In this document: one piece after another, positions 8,801 to 17,615 of the stretch | How the letters are laid out: every line of letters starts with the position of its first letter | Position numbering within the stretch: the stretch's first letter is position 1 | NCBI GenBank assembly: GCA_041484665.1 | Contig: JBGPIA010000003.1 | Coordinates: 10,229-74,228, forward strand | DNA length: 64,000 nt | Direction of reading: 5' to 3' | Origin: Candidatus Krumholzibacteriia bacterium | GTDB lineage: Bacteria; Krumholzibacteriota; Krumholzibacteriia; JAJRXK01 | Notes under the pieces: model-generated | What the model saw: the letters and a program-made list of their open reading frames with translations, nothing else | Told to the model about the DNA's origin: nothing | Databases searched by the model: none | Translations under genes and position numbers: made by a program

Positions 8801-11800
8801 CGCGACTCCCCCTGCGCGTCGAGCAAGCACAACACCAGCGGACCGCGTTCGGCGGGCAGGCCACGCAGGAACGCCAGGGCGCTGCGCTGCGCCTCGTCGA
8901 ACGCCGGATGCCCGGGCAGCGCCCGATCGGCGTCGGGGACGACCCACGCGACCTGCGTGGCGCGCGCGGCCCAGGCGCGCACCAGCGGCAGAGCGAGCGC
9001 GCGGGCCGGCAGCGCGAGCACTGAAACAGCGCCGGTCTCCGCGTCCAGCAGCGCCCGCTCCAGCGCGCCAGCCGGATCGGGTAGGGCCAGCGCGCCGGCC
9101 GGCAGCTCGCACACTGCCAGGTCAGCCTCCTTCCGCAAGGCGGGCGGTTGATCGTGGACCCATAGCACGCAGCGCACCCCCAACGGTCCACCGTCGCCGG
9201 CCTCTTTGGCCAGCCGCGCCAGCAGGCCGCACAGCAGCACGCGCTCGGCATCGCTGGCACCGCCCAGCGCGACGCGCATCCCGCGCGTCAGGTCGTGCAG
9301 GGCGCGCGCGAGCGCGTGGAGGCGCTGTGGGTCGGGCGGGTCGGCCTGGGCCAGCAAACGCCACGTGGCCGTCAGACGCTGCGCGTCCACCGGACACCGC
9401 CAGCGCGGGAGCTTGCGTGCGCCCATGCCATCCAGCAGCCGCGAGCCGGTGGCGGCCCCCAGCGGATCCGTCGCTGGAGACTGCGCAGGCGCCAAGCGCG
9501 GCGCGCCGCCGACCAGGCGCGCCAGGCGCGGATCGACGCAGGCGACCATGCGCTGCGCGTGTGTGGCCGCCAGCGCCAACCGCAGCACCGCGACGCCGTC
9601 GGGGAGCGCTCCGGGTGCGCCCAGCAGGGGCACGACCACGACCTCCGCCGACGGCGTGGGAGCGGCTCCCGCAAGCGGCGCCGCCCGTGCGAGCTCGCCC
9701 AGCAACGCCTCGCCGTCGGCCAGCGGCGCAAGCCACAGGCGGGCCTGCTTCGTGCGGGACAACCAGGCGGCCGCGCGCAGGCGCGCCAGCACGAGCGCCT
9801 CCTCCGACACCAGCAGCGCGCCCGGCTCGAATCCCGGCGGGCAGAGCACGACGGCGGGCGCCGACGCGCCCCGCAGCGTCACCGTCCGCAGCGCGCGGCG
9901 CGAAGCGAGCACGATCGAGAGCTGCACGGCCAGCAGATCTCCGGCGGCGGCCGCGTCCGCGCACACCACGGCCGACGGCGCGGCGGCAATCCACCGCACC
10001 AGGTCCTCCCACGCGCTCCGCGCGCCGGCGTCGTCCTGCACCGCGATCCAGCGCGGCAGATCGTCCACCACGAGCGCGCGCCCGGTCGGCGCGAGCGTGG
10101 CGTGCGGGCCCACCTGGATCCAGATGCTGCCCGCCGCGGCCCGCTCGTGGAGCTGCGCGTCGAAGCATCCGCCCGCTTCGCGCAGCCGACAGGCGGGTGT
10201 GCAGCCCTTGTACGCCGCCGCCAGGGCCGACGCCACCTGATCGTCCTGCGTCCGGTCGCCGGAGCCCGGCAGCCAGCGCGCGAGATCGCCTTCCGGACAG
10301 GTGGCGAGCGCGTGGTAGAGACGCAGCACATCCACCGCCCGCGCCGGGGTCGCCAAGGCCTCCTGGATCCAGAGGTCCAGTAGCGCGAGCAGCGGCTCGG
10401 CGCAGCTCGGCGAGGTGGGCGCCAGCGTGACGTCGCGCGGTGCGGTCGCGCCAGCCGCCGCGGCGGCCACGGCCATGCCGCGCTCGGCGTTGCCGGCGAT
10501 CACTACGCAGGGGGCAGTGCGCACGGCGAGCGCGGCCAGCTGCTCGGGCGAGACCGCTCCGAGCAGGAGCGCGTCGCGGTCGGCGGTGGCAGGCACTGGC
10601 GCCAGCGCGCCGCGCTGCGGCCAGCGGCGCAGCGCCAGGTGCGGCCACGCGAGCGGGACGACCAGCTCCACACGCTGGAGCTCGTGCGCAGCGTGCGGCG
10701 GATCCGGCTGCTGTGCGCGGCCCAGGACGCGCAGCGCCGCAGCCAGGCCCGCCGCCGCGGCCAGCCCGGCGCGTCCCAGCGTCTCCAGGTTGGCGATCCC
10801 CCACGCGGACCCCAGCGGCTCGGCCTGCGCGAGTCCGCCCAGGCGCGGGCCCAGCGTCCGCGCGCTCTCGATCAGCGGCGCCCACGGCGCGACGAGCGCG
10901 TCGGCCGCCGTGAACGCGGGATGCGGCGCGACGGCCGGGGCGGGCGCCACCACCGACGGCGTGGCCAGCGCCGCCTCCAGCGCCCCCAGGGCCACCACCG
11001 CTCGGTCCCCCAGCAGCGATCGCAGGTCTTCGGGCGGCTCGGTGACGCACAGCACGACCGCGTCCGGGTCGAGCCAGCTGTCGATCTCACTGCGCGCGGC
11101 CACCGGCCCGAGCGCGAGCCCGGCAGCTCCGGCGCCGGGATCCGCGGCGACACCCGCGGCGGTGCGCTGCAGCAGCAAAGCGTCGCACGGAGCGGTGCGC
11201 TCCAGGCGGAGCAGCGCCAGGCGCCCCCCGTGGCCTTGGTCCCCGCCATTCCACGCGAGCGCGGCGAGCCCACCCTGGAGCGCGGGGGGACGCCGACGGC
11301 GCAGCAGCGCCTGGAGTTCCGCAGGCGGCCACGCGGCGCCGAGCCGGTGGGCCAGCGGGGCCAGCTGGCGCAGACGCTGCTCGCTCGCCGCCGGTACGGC
11401 CAGCCGGTCCTCGTTGCAGGACAGCCCCGCGACCCATCGCAGCATCGCCAGCGCCGCGTCCGATCCAGGCGCCTCCTGCAGCGCGAGAAGGCCCAGCGCC
11501 AGGGCGGCGGGAGCGCCATCGGCGCGCAGCAGGCTGAGCCGTGCCGCCAGGCCCAACGCCTGCCAGCGCTGCGGGTGACCCGCGGGCAGCCCCGGCTCCG
11601 TGAGCCGCGCGATGCACCACGGCGCCAGCGCCGTCAGGTCGGGCGCTGCCTCGTCCAGCCGGGAGCGAGCCCAGCTCGCCAGCCAGACCAGGTCCTCGGT
11701 CTGCTCCGGCCGCAGGTCGTGGAGCAGATCGGGATCGGCGGCCGTCAGATGGCGCCCGCAGGCGTGCAGGTACGCGCGAGCCATCGGCCAGGCCAGCGCG

Positions 11801-12183
11801 GCGGGCAGTCGGAAGCTGCTCCCGTGGCGGTGCAGCAACAGCAGCTGCGCGAGCCGCGCCAACTCATCGAGGCCCAGCGCGTCCCAGCGACCCCGGACGC
11901 GGGTCGTCGCCTCCTGCAGGCGCAGGTCGGTGGCCTGCTCGAGATCGGAGGCGAGCTGCGCTGCGCGGTAGCTGAACGCTGGCCCCGCCGGCTCCTCGCT
12001 GGGGCCGGTGACCAACCGGCGCGCCCAGCGCACCACGGGCTCCACGGCCTTCTCGGCGATCGCGGCGCGCAGGTGCGAGCGGTCGTGCTCGTGGTGCGCC
12101 CGCGCGAGGAGGCGCTCGGTGGCCAGCAGCTCACCGGCGGCGAGCCGGCGCCGCGCTTCCTCCAACAGCGACCAGTAGCTCAT
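5887..12183 (-). CDS. 2098-aa fusion: helical N-terminus + DEDDh-like pseudo-exonuclease + DinG-like + RecQ-like + UvrD-like helicase domains, mostly catalytically degenerate
   Basis: Uninterrupted ORF 33 nt after leuS; GAPGSGKT at aa1562; VLVDD at about aa1750; YRVLSRA near the C-terminus; DinG-like CTPAC..C..ERAAAGSIWIQVGPHATL..LVVDD; RecQ-like VVPDADRALPGHPAF. Domain calls by eye. Confidence 0.75.
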   Translation of the reverse strand: MSYWSLLEEARRRLAAGELLATERLLARAHHEHDRSHLRAAIAEKAVEPVVRWARRLVTGPSEEPAGPAFSYRAAQLASDLEQATDLRLQEATTRVRGRWDALGLDELARLAQLLLLHRHGSSFRLPAALAWPMARAYLHACGRHLTAADPDLLHDLRPEQTEDLVWLASWARSRLDEAAPDLTALAPWCIARLTEPGLPAGHPQRWQALGLAARLSLLRADGAPAALALGLLALQEAPGSDAALAMLRWVAGLSCNEDRLAVPAASEQRLRQLAPLAHRLGAAWPPAELQALLRRRRPPALQGGLAALAWNGGDQGHGGRLALLRLERTAPCDALLLQRTAAGVAADPGAGAAGLALGPVAARSEIDSWLDPDAVVLCVTEPPEDLRSLLGDRAVVALGALEAALATPSVVAPAPAVAPHPAFTAADALVAPWAPLIESARTLGPRLGGLAQAEPLGSAWGIANLETLGRAGLAAAAGLAAALRVLGRAQQPDPPHAAHELQRVELVVPLAWPHLALRRWPQRGALAPVPATADRDALLLGAVSPEQLAALAVRTAPCVVIAGNAERGMAVAAAAAGATAPRDVTLAPTSPSCAEPLLALLDLWIQEALATPARAVDVLRLYHALATCPEGDLARWLPGSGDRTQDDQVASALAAAYKGCTPACRLREAGGCFDAQLHERAAAGSIWIQVGPHATLAPTGRALVVDDLPRWIAVQDDAGARSAWEDLVRWIAAAPSAVVCADAAAAGDLLAVQLSIVLASRRALRTVTLRGASAPAVVLCPPGFEPGALLVSEEALVLARLRAAAWLSRTKQARLWLAPLADGEALLGELARAAPLAGAAPTPSAEVVVVPLLGAPGALPDGVAVLRLALAATHAQRMVACVDPRLARLVGGAPRLAPAQSPATDPLGAATGSRLLDGMGARKLPRWRCPVDAQRLTATWRLLAQADPPDPQRLHALARALHDLTRGMRVALGGASDAERVLLCGLLARLAKEAGDGGPLGVRCVLWVHDQPPALRKEADLAVCELPAGALALPDPAGALERALLDAETGAVSVLALPARALALPLVRAWAARATQVAWVVPDADRALPGHPAFDEAQRSALAFLRGLPAERGPLVLCLLDAQGESRALDALAASVDGEVRSVAPAVAVTQAWRVVRVALQDPPWRCPACAVPAQVANAYAACVRCGTALLGDARDEDLQRATLLRQMARWLGQRSTRGSWLVLAPGRSQREVLQSLLGVDAAALVGTPLLAGDAHQTPLFSVRILALADLWTGPIPEGELVLASLPEDPLYLRAALERLAASGRPGGALTVLDHPLLWARRAPAGAAPHEVGSASTPEAWRWAATRLEVDFRVREGLAALERALSAGPPADVGGGLGPQAALARTPPLAQLAAAVEAWASSPRTGRRARLEDLEGAARTEALATARRRAAAVVTRAEAVGMRFDAAAAISLDPDELEEDPWAAGASRALFAWLRREGLAAGDAPPESAASPTAAGDADVGPAARASEEWLAAVRGAAVEIPLPLPPWPVPRAAPVAAAPQQGAFATHRHDDTPPPGWILGAPGSGKTTRLLSAARGAGGGGEALLLVPGGVSLLRCEELLRRQGATAPRPEVATGEELALALLRHRAGARDAGASPRLLPPQATAEGESIRKRLVADACRRYAQAAGRAPALDLVELRRVVEGGEVLLAAAAGEDAAAVDLPLLRRCAAAAREAAGRIPRSELCALARRGIEERTDVAAAWRDRYPVVLVDDADAFDEQELAVIDLLFTQPQRWTAADPALLPPQHTGRHERGQSQSFRLARELARAGSALLVRELNASNALQTRRKEKGRLTRRRGISLQACADIIGELLADSAAQRQRTGIVAGSDEDLSALAAGLRERGLAVWLAGEVTRCAASGPRELLAALLVHDVERGLDDATRGALASLLLQSAGEPLAAPDPQTLGQWLAAHERGEPVAIASRAGALLLALAEAGPRLRERTSLQEGADLLRRARLLAGVQASGAAQSRLDLYLAEHRMRSWRACARAVDPRALLDPLGPGAHLWLLKPGELSGAELDHVIHLCTGHEALDRHYRVLSRAADQLTVIYSEVDPFAGLL

Positions 12184-12216
12184 CGCACGCCCCGACGACG
12201 AGCGCTCCCGCGAGCG

Positions 12217-14712
12217 CTACGCGACGACGATGTTGACCAACTTGTCGGGAACGACAACGACTTTGACCACCGCTTTGCCCGCGATCCAGGTGGGCACCTT
12301 GCCGTACGCGCGGGCGAGGGCGGCGAGCTGTTCGCGGTCGGTGCCACGCGCGACGTGCATCTGCTCGCGCACCTTGCCGTTGACCTGCACCACAACGGTC
12401 ACCTCGTCGCGCTGCAGCACCGCCTCGTCCCACGCGGGCCACGCTTCGTCGAACACACTGCCCGCGTGCCCCAGCATCTCCCACAGCTCCTCGCCCAGGT
12501 GTGGTGCGAAGGGCGCCAACACGCGCACCCAGTCCTGCACGATCTCCAGCGCCGCAGGACCCCATTGCTGCGGCGAGCGCTCCGCGGCACAAGCGTGAAG
12601 CTGGTTGGTGAGCTCCATGTGGCGCGCGATCGCCGTGTTGAACTGGAAGCGGTCGAGATCGAGCGTGCCGCCCTTCACGGAGCGGTGCCGAACGAAGCGC
12701 AGCTGTGCAAAGGTGGCGTCGGCCGCAGCATCGCGCCGCGTGCGCGCGCCGCGCAAACGCTCCTGATGCTCTTCCACGAAGCGGTGCACGCGCGCCAGGT
12801 AGCGGGCGATCCCGTGGATGCCCGAGTCGTCCCAGTCGCCGCCGTCGATGAACGCGAAGCCGAACATCAGGTACATCCGCAGGGCGTCGCTGCCGTAGGT
12901 GTCCAGGTACGCCTCGGGGCTGACTACATTGCCGCGGCTCTTGCTCATGCGGGCGCCCTGGTGCGTGATCACGCCCTGGTGACGCAGGCAGGCGAAAGGC
13001 TCGTCGAAGGACACGTGCCCCAGCCGGTGGAGCACCTTGGCAACGAAGCGGGCGTACAGCAGGTGCATTACGGCATGATCGGCGCCGCCCACGTACTGCG
13101 TCACGGGCAGCCAGGCGTCAGCCAGCGCACGGTCCCACGGAACGTCAGGGCGGTGCGGGGACAGGTAGCGCAGGTAATACCAGCTGGAGTCCACGAAGGT
13201 GTCCATGGTGTCGGTCTCGCGTTGTGCAGGGCCGCCGCAGCGCGGGCAATCCACCTTCGACCAGTTCGGGTGGCGACGCAGCGGGCTCTCGCCTGTGGGC
13301 ATGAACTCCGCGTCATCGGGCAGCAGCACCGGGAGCTGCTCCATCGGCACGGCCACCTCGCCGCACCGCGCGCAGTGCACGATGGGGATCGGTGCTCCCC
13401 AGTAGCGCTGCCGGCTCACCAGCCAGTCGCGGAGGCGGTAATTGACGGTGGCCCCTCCGTGCCCCCATTGGCGCAGGTACTCGACGACGCGCTCGCGGGC
13501 CACCGGCCCATCCAGCCCGTCAAACTCGCCGCTGTTGCACGTGGGCCCGTCCTGCGTCCACGCGACCGGCAACGGCTCCGTTGGATCGTCGCCCGGGCCG
13601 AGGATCACCCGGCGGATCGGCAGCCCGAACCGCGTGGCGAACTCGAAGTCGCGCTGGTCGTGGCCGGGGACGGCCATCACGGCCCCCGTGCCGTAGGTGG
13701 AGAGCACATAGTCGGCGATCCAGATGGGAATGCGTTCGCCGTTGACCGGGTTGAGGGCGTACGCGCCGGTGAAGACGCCCGACTTCTCCCGCGTGGTCGA
13801 GGTGCGGTCGATCTCGCTGAGGCGCGACGCCTGTTCCACGTAGCCCTGCACCTGCACGCGCTGCGACGCGGCGCCGAGCTGGGGCACCAGCGGGTGCTCG
13901 GGCGCCAGCACCATGTAGGTGACGCCGAAGATCGTGTCGGGACGGGTCGTGAAGATGGGCAGCGTGCGGTCCACGTCGGCGTCGGATGCTAGCGAATCCT
14001 CCGTCACGCTGAAGTTCACCAGCGCTCCCTCGCTGCGGCCGATCCAGTTGCGCTGCATGGTGACGGTCTTCTGGGGCCAATCGATGCGTGAGAGGCCCTC
14101 CAGCAGATCGTCGGCGAAGGCGGTGATACGGAAGAACCACTGGACCAGCTCGCGGCGTCGCACCGGGGTCGAGCAGCGCTCGCACAGCCCGTCGTGCACC
14201 TGCTCGTTGGCCAGCACCGTCTGGCAACTGTCGCACCAGTTGACGGGCGCCTGCTTGCGGTAGGCGTAGCCCGCCTCGTAGAGGACCAGGAACAGCCACT
14301 GGGTCCACCTGTAGTAGTCGGGCTTGTGGGTCTGCAGCTCATGGGACCAGTCGTACATGCCACCCAGGGTCTGCAGTTGCTTGCGCATGTACTCGATGTT
14401 CTTCTCGGTGTGCACCCGCGGGTGGACCTTCATCTTGATCGCGTAGTTCTCCGCCGGCAGACCGAAGCTGTCGAACCCCATCGGCTGGAAGACGTGGTCG
14501 CCGCGCATGCGCCGGTAGCGGGCCCAAGTGTCCGTGGGGGCGTAGTTGAACCAGTGCCCCAGGTGCAGCTTGTCGCCGGAGGGGTAGCTGAACATCACCA
14601 GGCAGTAACAGCGCCCGCCCCCCTCGTCGCGCAGCCGGGCCCGGTGCGCCCCGGATTGCTCCCAGCGCGCCTGCCACTTGCGCTCGAGGGAATGTGGCTG
14701 ATAGCCCCCCAT
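12217..14712 (-). CDS. leuS: Leucine--tRNA ligase
   Basis: MFSYPSGDKLHLGH (HIGH), KMSKS-type RMSKSRGNV, editing domain FTTRPDT and GTGAVMAVPGHDQRD. Confidence 0.98.
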   Translation of the reverse strand: MGGYQPHSLERKWQARWEQSGAHRARLRDEGGGRCYCLVMFSYPSGDKLHLGHWFNYAPTDTWARYRRMRGDHVFQPMGFDSFGLPAENYAIKMKVHPRVHTEKNIEYMRKQLQTLGGMYDWSHELQTHKPDYYRWTQWLFLVLYEAGYAYRKQAPVNWCDSCQTVLANEQVHDGLCERCSTPVRRRELVQWFFRITAFADDLLEGLSRIDWPQKTVTMQRNWIGRSEGALVNFSVTEDSLASDADVDRTLPIFTTRPDTIFGVTYMVLAPEHPLVPQLGAASQRVQVQGYVEQASRLSEIDRTSTTREKSGVFTGAYALNPVNGERIPIWIADYVLSTYGTGAVMAVPGHDQRDFEFATRFGLPIRRVILGPGDDPTEPLPVAWTQDGPTCNSGEFDGLDGPVARERVVEYLRQWGHGGATVNYRLRDWLVSRQRYWGAPIPIVHCARCGEVAVPMEQLPVLLPDDAEFMPTGESPLRRHPNWSKVDCPRCGGPAQRETDTMDTFVDSSWYYLRYLSPHRPDVPWDRALADAWLPVTQYVGGADHAVMHLLYARFVAKVLHRLGHVSFDEPFACLRHQGVITHQGARMSKSRGNVVSPEAYLDTYGSDALRMYLMFGFAFIDGGDWDDSGIHGIARYLARVHRFVEEHQERLRGARTRRDAAADATFAQLRFVRHRSVKGGTLDLDRFQFNTAIARHMELTNQLHACAAERSPQQWGPAALEIVQDWVRVLAPFAPHLGEELWEMLGHAGSVFDEAWPAWDEAVLQRDEVTVVVQVNGKVREQMHVARGTDREQLAALARAYGKVPTWIAGKAVVKVVVVPDKLVNIVVA

Positions 14713-14917
14713 GGAGATCCTTTTGCGACGCTGCGTCCGGCGACAGGGCGGGCTGCTGGGCCCTCCCCATAAAGGGCGCCCGCCGCTCTGGGAGAGTGGC
14801 GCCCGCCGCTCAAGGAGTGGAGCCGGACGGCCGATACCCACCGTGTGCCGCGCGCGCGGACGCCGCCGTGCGCGATCGAGGGGGTTTCACCCCCGTCCGG
14901 ATTCCTTGCGGGCGCCC

Positions 14918-14947
14918 AAGATAGCGCAAGCGTCGCGGCGCGCACAA
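14918..14947 (-). promoter_or_regulatory. Possible sigma70 promoter for leuS
   Basis: TTGTGC, 18 bp, TATCTT on the minus strand about 200 nt upstream of the ATG. Confidence 0.35.
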
Positions 14948-14963
14948 ACGAAAAGCCCACACC

Positions 14964-15896
14964 ATGCCCGACATCGATCTGAAGCACTACCTGGGGGGCG
15001 GCGGGCCCGGCCGGGGCGGCGCGGGAGGGCACCCCTCCGGGCGCACGGTGCGCCTGAGCGGCGCCGAGATCGCCCTGGCGGTCAAGCGGCTGCCGGCGCT
15101 GCCGGCCATCCTGCACGAGGTCATCCGTGACCTGAGCAACGTCAACGCCGATCTCGCCCGTCTGCAGGAGCGCATCAGCAGCGATCCCAGCTTGACCACG
15201 CGCCTGCTCAAGATGGCCAATAGCAGCTTCTACAACAGCAGCACCGAGATCTGCTCCATCGCGCGCGCGCTGACCACGCTGGGCTTCCGCACCGCCTGCA
15301 ACGTCGTGGTCGCCAGCGCTCTGCGTGCCGCCCTCTACCAGGGTGATGTGCCGGGCTTCTCCCGGCGGGGCCTGTTCCGGCACTCGCTGGGCAGCGCGGT
15401 GTGCTCCGCGCGCCTGGGGCGCATGGTGCCCACCCTGCGGTCGCATCAGGACCAGCTGTTCGTCGCCGGCCTGCTCCACGACGTGGGCATGGTGGCGCTG
15501 TCGACGGTCTACGCCCAGAATCACATCGAGACCGGGAGCGACTGCTGGTCGCGCGATCAGATCCTCGATGTCGAGCGCCAGCTGCTGGGCACTGACCACC
15601 TGGAGATCGGACTGCGGGTCTGGGAGCATTGGGGACTCCCGAGGGAACTGCTGGCGCCCATCACGCGGCACCACGAGCCGCTGGTACGCCTGCTGGACGA
15701 GCCGCTCACGCTGGCCGTCGCGGTGACGGAGCTGTACCTCGACCAGCTCGGCTTCGGGCGCCCCCGACCGGTAGCGACGCCCGAGGACGTGCAGGTGGCC
15801 ATCAAGCTCCTGGGCGCTGAGCCCGCCCTAGTCCTGCCCGCGCTGGAGGGGTTCGAGCAGGAAGTCGCAGCCATCCACGGAGCGCTGACGACATGA
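14964..15896 (+). CDS. HDOD domain signal transduction protein
   Basis: LPALP, ISSDPSLTTRLLKMANSSFY, HSLGSA, AGLLHDVG, HLEIG...WGLP..L...I..HHEP. Confidence 0.92.
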   Translation: MPDIDLKHYLGGGGPGRGGAGGHPSGRTVRLSGAEIALAVKRLPALPAILHEVIRDLSNVNADLARLQERISSDPSLTTRLLKMANSSFYNSSTEICSIARALTTLGFRTACNVVVASALRAALYQGDVPGFSRRGLFRHSLGSAVCSARLGRMVPTLRSHQDQLFVAGLLHDVGMVALSTVYAQNHIETGSDCWSRDQILDVERQLLGTDHLEIGLRVWEHWGLPRELLAPITRHHEPLVRLLDEPLTLAVAVTELYLDQLGFGRPRPVATPEDVQVAIKLLGAEPALVLPALEGFEQEVAAIHGALTT

Positions 15897-17539
15897 CCAC
15901 GCTCGCGCCGACGCCGCTCCTGGACGGGAGCCTGCTGGGGCTCCACCAGGCTTTGGTGCCCGCCGAGGCGTATGCGCTGCTGACCGAGATTCTCAAGGAC
16001 CGCTACGGGCACGCGCCGCGAGGCGCCTACGTGCGCGCGAGCAATGGCAGCTTCGCCCTGGACGCTCAGTGTCCCGCCGACGGCACGTTGCCCGACGGAT
16101 TCGAGCCGCAGACGCGGCCGCTGCCGGCACACCTGAAGGCTGTCGTCTACACCTACAATGGACTGCCGCTGGGTGCGCTGGCACTGGACCGCGCGGTCGC
16201 GGCGCCCGCAGGCGAGCTCGAGCAATTGCTCCAGGAGCATTTCGCGCCCGCCTTCTTCCGGACGTGCTATCTCGCGCAGACGTTGCGCGACAACGCCCTG
16301 GCCAACGAGCAGATCTATTTCCTCACCGAGATCGGCCGCCTGCTGGGGACTCTGGAGCTGCAGCCCCTGCTGCTGAACATCCTGGAGCTCACCAGCGGCT
16401 ACCTCGAGGCCGACGTCGGCTCGATCACCCTGCTATCACCCGTTGGCGAGCCTGCCACTGCCGTGGAATTCGGCCTGCCGCTCTCCGCCTTGCTCTCGTG
16501 GCAGGACGAGGCGGGCGACGCGGTGCTCCAGGCGGCGCTGCGGCGCGGCTCGCCGCTGCACCTGCGTCGCGAGCAGCTGCGCTTCAGCGATGCTGCCGCG
16601 CCGCGCCCCGACCAGCTGCTGATCCTGCCGCTGGTGAGCAGCAATAGCACCCTGGGCAGCATCAATCTCGTGGCCTCGACGGCGGCAGTCGGCTTCAGCA
16701 ACAAGCGCATGGAGGTCGTGCGGCCCGCGGTGGGCCTGGCAGCGGTGGCCGTGGAGAACGCCCTGCTGCTGCAGGTCAAGCTCGAGCGCGAGCGCGAGCA
16801 GCAGCAGCTGCTCGTCGCCCAGCAGATCCAGAGCCGGCTGCTGCCGCAGGTGCCGCCCCGCATCGCAGGAATCGATCTGGCGGGCACGTCGCTGCCGGCG
16901 ACCACCATCGGTGGCGATTACTACGATTTCTTCGCGCTGCGCGACGGCGCGCTGGGCATGGTGGTAGCCGATGTCGCGGGCAAGGGGGTCCCTGCGGGAC
17001 TCATCATGACCGCCACACGCGCCATGTTCCGCAGCGCGGCGCACCAGCACTCCCGGCCGGAGCGGGTGCTGGAACGGGTGAACCGCCTGTTGTGCGAGGA
17101 GGGATTCGGCCCCAACTTCGTCACGGCGGTCTGCGTCCGCGTGGAGCTCCCCTCGGGGAAGGTCACAATCGCATCCGCCGGACACGAGCCGGCCCTGCTG
17201 CTGCGGGCGCGCGACGGGCGCCTGGAGTCGACGTTGTTGCGCTCGCTCCCGATGGGCCTGCGCGACTCGACCCGCTATCCCGCTGCCCGGCTGCAGCTGC
17301 AGCCCGGCGATGCGTTGCTGCTCTACAGTGACGGAATCACCGAGGCGATGGACGCCGGCCGCGAGCAGTTCGGCCACCAGCGGCTGGAGGAGACCTTCGC
17401 CAAGGCCCCGCGCGATTCGGCGCGCGCCATCCTCGATCACGTCCTGGCCGCGATCGGGGCACACGTCCAGCAGGCCCGCCGTCACGACGACACGACGCTG
17501 ATCGTTGCGCGCATCGACCCCACGGCAGGCGGTCCCTGA
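15893..17539 (+). CDS. GAF domain + PP2C (SpoIIE/RsbU-type) Ser/Thr phosphatase
   Basis: AQQIQSRLLP, IGGDYYDF, VADVAGKGVPAGL, SAGHEP, LYSDGITEA, DDTT; ATGA overlap with the HDOD gene. Confidence 0.93.
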   Translation: MTTLAPTPLLDGSLLGLHQALVPAEAYALLTEILKDRYGHAPRGAYVRASNGSFALDAQCPADGTLPDGFEPQTRPLPAHLKAVVYTYNGLPLGALALDRAVAAPAGELEQLLQEHFAPAFFRTCYLAQTLRDNALANEQIYFLTEIGRLLGTLELQPLLLNILELTSGYLEADVGSITLLSPVGEPATAVEFGLPLSALLSWQDEAGDAVLQAALRRGSPLHLRREQLRFSDAAAPRPDQLLILPLVSSNSTLGSINLVASTAAVGFSNKRMEVVRPAVGLAAVAVENALLLQVKLEREREQQQLLVAQQIQSRLLPQVPPRIAGIDLAGTSLPATTIGGDYYDFFALRDGALGMVVADVAGKGVPAGLIMTATRAMFRSAAHQHSRPERVLERVNRLLCEEGFGPNFVTAVCVRVELPSGKVTIASAGHEPALLLRARDGRLESTLLRSLPMGLRDSTRYPAARLQLQPGDALLLYSDGITEAMDAGREQFGHQRLEETFAKAPRDSARAILDHVLAAIGAHVQQARRHDDTTLIVARIDPTAGGP

Positions 17540-17615
17540 GAACTGGCCCGCAATCTGCTCGAGGACCGGCGTGGCGGAGCGCCCGCGCACCGCCGCGACG
17601 CACAAGGAGGAACCC

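Noticed and set aside
6328-9024. 898-aa and other long Arg/Ala/Pro-rich ORFs overlapping the giant gene
   Set aside because: Shadow-frame composition with no domain motifs
10639-13992. 1117-aa plus-strand ORF
   Set aside because: Antisense shadow of leuS and the giant fusion; no motifs; expected in high-GC DNA
14713-14915. T-box riboswitch upstream of leuS
   Set aside because: No proper T-box consensus (only GGTGGGTATC) and no terminator with a U tract
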